From NCBI GenBank assembly GCA_051362555.1, contig CM120649.1:4898001-4962000 (forward strand): a DNA stretch of 64,000 nt. The letters run 5' to 3'. Below are positions 58,507 through 64,000 of this stretch, piece after piece; the first letter of the stretch is position 1, and each line of letters opens with the position of its first letter. The position numbers and the translations under genes are program-made. Origin of the DNA: Lingula anatina. Taxonomy: Eukaryota; Animalia; Brachiopoda. The notes beneath the pieces were generated by a model that saw only the letters and a list, made by a program, of their open reading frames with translations, had not been told where the DNA came from and ran no database searches.

Positions 58507-61097
58507 GTAATAATAATAACTAGAAAAGCACTCCGAGAGCGCAGACAAACAGGGGTAAAAACATAACCTCCTCGGCGGAGGTATTAATAATTATAATAAT
58601 AGTTAACGTAAATATTTACATGTAGATGAACACCTTCAAAGAAAAAAAAAGATATCTTCAGACATGTGCTCAAAAAAATGGTCTACAGAAAACCAAACTA
58701 TACAATATGACGTTTCTGTTAGCTGACATACCTCCTGCTGACAACAGTAGGGAACCCAACCCTGTGGCCAACATGTGCAGTCCATAGGAAGGTCCGAGTT
58801 TCTCAATGCCGACTAAATCTCTCAGAACAACCGGGACCAGAGAGACAGTAGCGCCTGTAAGAAGAGCAGAAGTACATGCTAGAATCTCGTGTTGTTAGAT
58901 TGGTTTGCGCCAAGGCTTTAATAAAGTAGTGTATAGAACTACGATACATGCACAAAAAGAAAGACGTTCTTAATTGTTATAAATCACTAGGTTTCAACAT
59001 CTACTGGATATTCATAGTTATATTATAATGTCAACACAAAAAAGGCTATATGACACATTAACAGAGATCTCACAAGATACATTTATTATTATTGCACAGT
59101 TTCAGTTTGTTTGTTTTATAACTTATATCTTACCAACTGTCAATCCATAGAAAGCGCATACGGTGGCAATCTCGCCGTACCCCATCATGAAAGGCAATAT
59201 GGAGACCATGACGCCTCCAACTATTACACTTGTCCCAACCATATAGCGCCTGTTAGCGCACCGGAAGTCTGCAGAAAGACCCATCACGACTCGCGCCACT
59301 GTGTTAGCAATTCCTACAATGGACACCAGGAACGCTGCGTTGTTCACTTCTATCCCCTTGGCTCGTGCGGCATCTGGTATATACGTGTGAGGAACCACGA
59401 CTCCTACTTTGAACATTAACATGCAAACTAGCCACACGACAACATCAGCTTCTCTTAATAAGGGAATGTGGATCAAGTTCTTTAAGGACATATCCGTTTT
59501 GTCACTGAATTTTAAGTTCTGTTTTGTCTCATTTTCCTCGTTGCTCTTTAATGTAGGTGGAAAGAACAGCATACTCAAGCCAATCCCTGAGAGTGAAAGC
59601 CCAACCAGTACGAGAAGAGTGTACCTCCAAGTAATACTTTCAATGAGAAGTTCTAAGAGGGGTGCCATCGAAAATGTCCCAACGCCAGATCCACACATTG
59701 CGACGCCCATGGCTAGGCTTTTCTTCTTCTCAAAATGATGCTGAACGGACACAATGCTTGGGAAATACATCAGTCCGAAACCGAGGCCGGTCATAACCCC
59801 ATATGAAATATACAGCATGGACAAGTTTGGCGCCAAGAAACTCATCCCAAATCCCCATGCAGCGAGAATAGAACCAGTGATTCCAACAGCCCGGTGTCCA
59901 AATTTCTCAGATAGGGCGCTTGCTATTGGACCTAAAAATATCCAATCAGAAAGCTTCATTTAATTTTTTCATACCCTGTACTTGCTTAAGGCTATAATCG
60001 TTCAAACAACATTTTGTATTGCAAAACATTAGATATTTTATTTTGTAATAGATAGATCGGTCGTTATGTTGGTATTACTGTGAATCTGTGATATAAAATC
60101 CCTTCACAGGCATTGATGGCATAAAACATCGACATGGACATCAGGTGGGCCTCTAGCTATCAATTAAAAAGTAATTTTATTAATTAATTTTTGGGAGACG
60201 TGAAAAAACTGCTTACCGAGCATACCGTACCTATGATTAAGCTCACAGCTATCTGAATGGAGCCAACCCAAGAAGTCGCCAACTTGCTTTCTTCAAATTC
60301 GTTCAGCAGGGCGATGTAGAGCACGCCGAAAGAGTACATAATACCGTCTACGATGAAGTGAATGAAAAAGGACGCCAATACTACCAACCAGTCGATGCAA
60401 CGGTCGGTCGGAACTTTGGAGTTTGTGTCCACTGACGGTCGTCTCGAGTCTATTACACTCCCTATAGACTTCGCCGACTTACAGCTCAGCCTGCGTTGTT
60501 TATCTGTAAAAACACAGTGTAAATTAAACTATTTAAGTACAGGCATGTTGCATCTGACTATTCAAACAATATAACCTACCAGCTTTCAGGACCATGTTTA
60601 ATTTTCACCATTAATTAATTCTAGGTTCAAATGCGAAAATTTCACTGTCATCTTGGAGTCCTTTTCAAAACACGCTTGACGTGCTACTTTTGGAACACTA
60701 ATTGTCATTCCCATTAATGTCCCCTTAAAATGAATCCAGTTTAGACGCATTAATGCTGGCAGGGTCTGCTTTATCATCAACATTGTAAGGCGAACATTAC
60801 AGTACGTTATGATTCCTTATATTCAGTGTACTGTCAGGCTTGCCCCCCCCCCCCCCTTCAAAAAAAAAATTAAAATAAATAAAAAACCTCCTTATTTACT
60901 ATTTATGTATTACCTGAGTGTGTACTCTCTCCTTCGGTGCTTCTCTCGGTTAATTCTCTACGCTTTTCAGAATCATGTCCTTCTTCAACACTATCAGGGT
61001 TGTCATCGTATATTGTATCGTTATTAAACCCGCCATTGGTATACCCATCTTGTTCTGGAATTTCTAGTACTGCGGTATTCGGGGATGCGCCAAACAT
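58263..61097 (-). CDS. SLC16/monocarboxylate-transporter-family MFS protein, ~522 aa
   Basis: Exons 60914-61097 (acceptor before 61126; further upstream exon not located), 60231-60503, 59134-59931, 58732-58854, 58263-58453 (1569 nt, all phase 1). Motifs: WLVVLASFFIHFIVDGIMYSFGVLY, GPIASALSEKFGHRAV, YGVMTGLGFGLMYFPSIVSVQHHFEKKKSLAMGVAMCGSGVG, LYDLTGSY. Confidence 0.93.
58518..58583. mobile_element. Internally deleted non-autonomous Helitron/Helentron-like element (ends only)
   Basis: aactagaaaagcactccgagagcgcagac joined to aaaacataacctcctcggcggaggta (terminal hairpin acctcc-tcggc-ggaggt). Resembles a recalled aquatic-animal repeat terminus; family call tentative. Confidence 0.5.
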
Positions 61098-61601
61098 ATC
61101 GGCGCCCTTGTTGTCCAATATACGGACTTCAAAATAAGGTTAAAAAATGAGACTCAAAAGAGAAACAATTGAGGGGAAAACACCACAACTAGGAAAAAAA
61201 TGTATCAGCAGACTGGTACTAAATTCACTCATAAAAGAACATCCTCCTCGATTCTAAACACCGCCTCGTTGTTTACACCAAATTTCTGCACATCTCTTAT
61301 CGCGACATCGCCACCCCTTCCCTTCTTCAATAACGTATCAGACACATCATACAACAACATGTAACCAAGCACGTGCACGTTTACTTTTGTCTGTACCTTA
61401 CATAACATCCTCTCATCCGTGCTGTCCTTTGCATTACCCTGCAGCGTTTGCGTACATTTCCTTTGTACGACAGATTTTGTGTCAAGATTATTATCTGCCT
61501 TATGCAAAGACCGATTTTTATCTGATCGAGGCAATCAAGCTGTTAAATCACATGCGTCTGTATGACGTGAAGTCAAGCCTTGTCATCAAAGAATACAGTT
61601 C

Positions 61602-61768
61602 CAGGCCCGTAGCCAGGGGGGTCGGGGGGTTCGAAAGAACCGCCCCTTTCGCTGGGAAAAGGTCCACTCTGGGTAAAATTTGATGTAGGCACATGATGTT
61701 TTTATGGAAAAATGTCCACTTTTTCAGAAAAACGAACCCCCCTTTTGAAATTGCTGCCTACTGGCCTG
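61602..61768. mobile_element. MITE family A, copy 3
   Basis: caggcccgtagccag ... ctgcctactggcctg flanked by agttc on both sides (5-bp TSD). Confidence 0.88.
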
Positions 61769-62071
61769 AGTTCATTCTGTATGATCTAATTTCAAATATA
61801 CATGTAAGTGATCCGATAAATGTTGTCTTGTGAAGCAAGCGCAAGGAGTATGTAGTGTAACTACATGTGCAAGTATATACTGAGCCATGAATCTGTAAAC
61901 CAGCTTTCATGATTAAAGGTCCATTTATAGTACTTTATATTTATGACAGTCAGGCTAGAAGTCATAAGGTCCTGACAATGGACCTTATTCTCTCAGATAC
62001 AACCCAGCTGGCAAATTATGTTTTTCAACGTTGACAAGACGATTAGATTAGGATTTCCACAGTATAGCTTT

Positions 62072-62073
<2 letters not shown>

Positions 62074-62112
<39 letters not shown>
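62074..62112. repeat. (CA)n microsatellite
   Basis: Seen directly in the sequence. Confidence 0.95.
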
Positions 62113-62118
<6 letters not shown>

Positions 62119-64000
62119 ATAAGAAAGTCACGGTCACCTCAACCTGTAATGTCTATCTATATACAGTATCTATCTATAGCAGGATACCGTGATCTGTCAA
62201 CATCGTTAGGGGGGGAATGTCCAGGTAGGTTGGAGATTTTCTCTTAAAATAAAGGTCTTAGCTTTTTTATTCCTATGACATTCATTTAATGTATCTTCAA
62301 AACTTCTAATTATGTTGAAACACAGCTCCAACTTCATCGTGTGACGTAATATTGGGGTTTGGGGGACGAAAACACCATTTTTAAACACCTGATTTTTTCA
62401 GGCACCTGGACAGCTATAAACATGCTTTTAATGGTATTATAACACTTGAACAAAGTACTACAAAAGGAAATCAGGGATTTTTCTTTAGAGACTTATTTAT
62501 GATTTTATCTATAAAAACGTGAAATTATATCAAAATATAAAGGAATTTTCACTTTCAAAGTCAAAAAATTGGAAAAGAGAGGATCAATGAAAAAAATTTA
62601 GAAGCACTTGCAGTGCATACTTTTCTTAACAAGCTTGGTGAATTTGGTCTCCCTCAAGTGTACAGGTAGACAGTTATAGCTCGCTCCGATAACGCTATCT
62701 CGTCAACCTTGAAAGCATAGAAAACAAGCAAAAACCCTTTCAAGGAGGTTAATTGTCCAAAATAGCAAATTAGCTTTACCTGTTATCGTTCTGGCAATCA
62801 CGAAGATGGGTACTCTATTGAGGGTTGAAATTAGCTTGTTTGCATGCATTTGGATGTCAGAAAATCTTATTTTTGTATCAATCTCACCTCCTGTTAGTAA
62901 CTTCAAGGGGTTACCGGTAGCACTACCAGAATGATTGACAGGCAATCAAGTAAGCTCTAACTACTCAACCAATCAGTGGCCACGTCAACTGACGTCGGGG
63001 CAAGTGTTAGGGATGTGCTCTAGGATGTGCACACAATATAGCATCATCGCAGGTGGTCTTGTCCACATTCGCCGAGCGAAAAATGGTTCAAAAACACGGT
63101 CGTGTTACGGGACGCCGATCGGACCATCAGCAACAAGAAATAGATGCAACCAGGCAGGGCTTGTTAGAGGAAATGTGTAAAGTTGTGTTTGGCAGAAATT
63201 GGGATAATTATTGAAAAAAAAAAAAAAAAAAAAAACAATGTCGGCCATGAAAGTGCATAAATGCAGCCAGAACTGTACCTCGCGGTATACCAGCATTTAG
63301 GTTGAAAATGATATAGGGCTTAGGCTATGTTCACATGAAAAATCTAAATTCTAAAAACCTAGTCTGTGCCCTGAATACCCCGCGGCGTAATTAAATAGCA
63401 GAGCGAGCGAGTTACTTCCAAAGCTGTAATTAAATCTCGGTTGCGTTTGGAGGAAATTATGGTACCGGCTCATATCTCATAGCTGAAATGAATAATTCTG
63501 AAAAATCAAAATGTTATAAATACTACAGCCCTCACGTGATCTCAGCTTACTATTGTTCGCGCGAGTCTAACTATATCATTAGCTCTTCTTGCTTATTTTT
63601 TTTTTTTTTGCACATGTACTGATATTTTACGTCACTCGATGAAAGGTTACGCTAGGATATTGGCTCAAGTCTTTTCAAAGCAATCTTGTATATGATTTCA
63701 GTCAGTATTCGACGCAATGTTCACGTCAGAAAAAGTCCAAAACACAGAAATTATCACCATCGTAGAGCAAAGTAATCATTAGTTGTCAGGTTAAAGATTT
63801 GATAAACATGCGCCTCGATGCTAGGCCAGATGGCCCAAGTTGCATGGATCTATAAAATCTGACTATAAGATTGATCGATAGTTTGACGGTTGCCGTCACA
63901 GGTAGCAAGCAGCGGAATGTTTCTTTTTTTTTTTCGTATCTCCAAATGTTAAGTTAAGAAAATCAAAAGTACATGTATAGCAACAAGCAATTCAAGGAAA

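Noticed and set aside
61229-61534. 101-aa minus-strand ORF upstream of the MCT gene as an N-terminal extension
   Set aside because: Ends in a stop, and I found no phase-1 GT donor to join the 61126 acceptor.

Overview
AT-rich, intron-rich animal DNA, most likely a marine invertebrate (taxon not determinable here). The ORF track is mostly noise. Reading GT-AG boundaries and codon phases by hand gives seven spliced genes, all on the minus strand. (1) A secreted EPN-type C-type lectin with two tandemly duplicated, intact signal-peptide exons. (2) A FAIM-like protein with only the C-terminal domain and a basic N-terminal tail. (3) A 112-aa secreted cystine-knot protein resembling GPA2/bursicon but with an altered cysteine pattern; this is the best candidate for an undescribed signalling molecule. 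(4) An SCP/coelenterazine-binding-protein-like EF-hand protein. (5, 6) Two tandem secreted coiled-coil + fibrinogen-domain (FReD) paralogs that differ by one intron. (7) An SLC16/MCT-like transporter. Non-coding DNA holds several MITE families (one with perfect 5-bp target-site duplications in three copies), microsatellites, and short tandem duplications spanning splice sites. All gene models and family calls come from manual translation and recalled family motifs; no database search was run.
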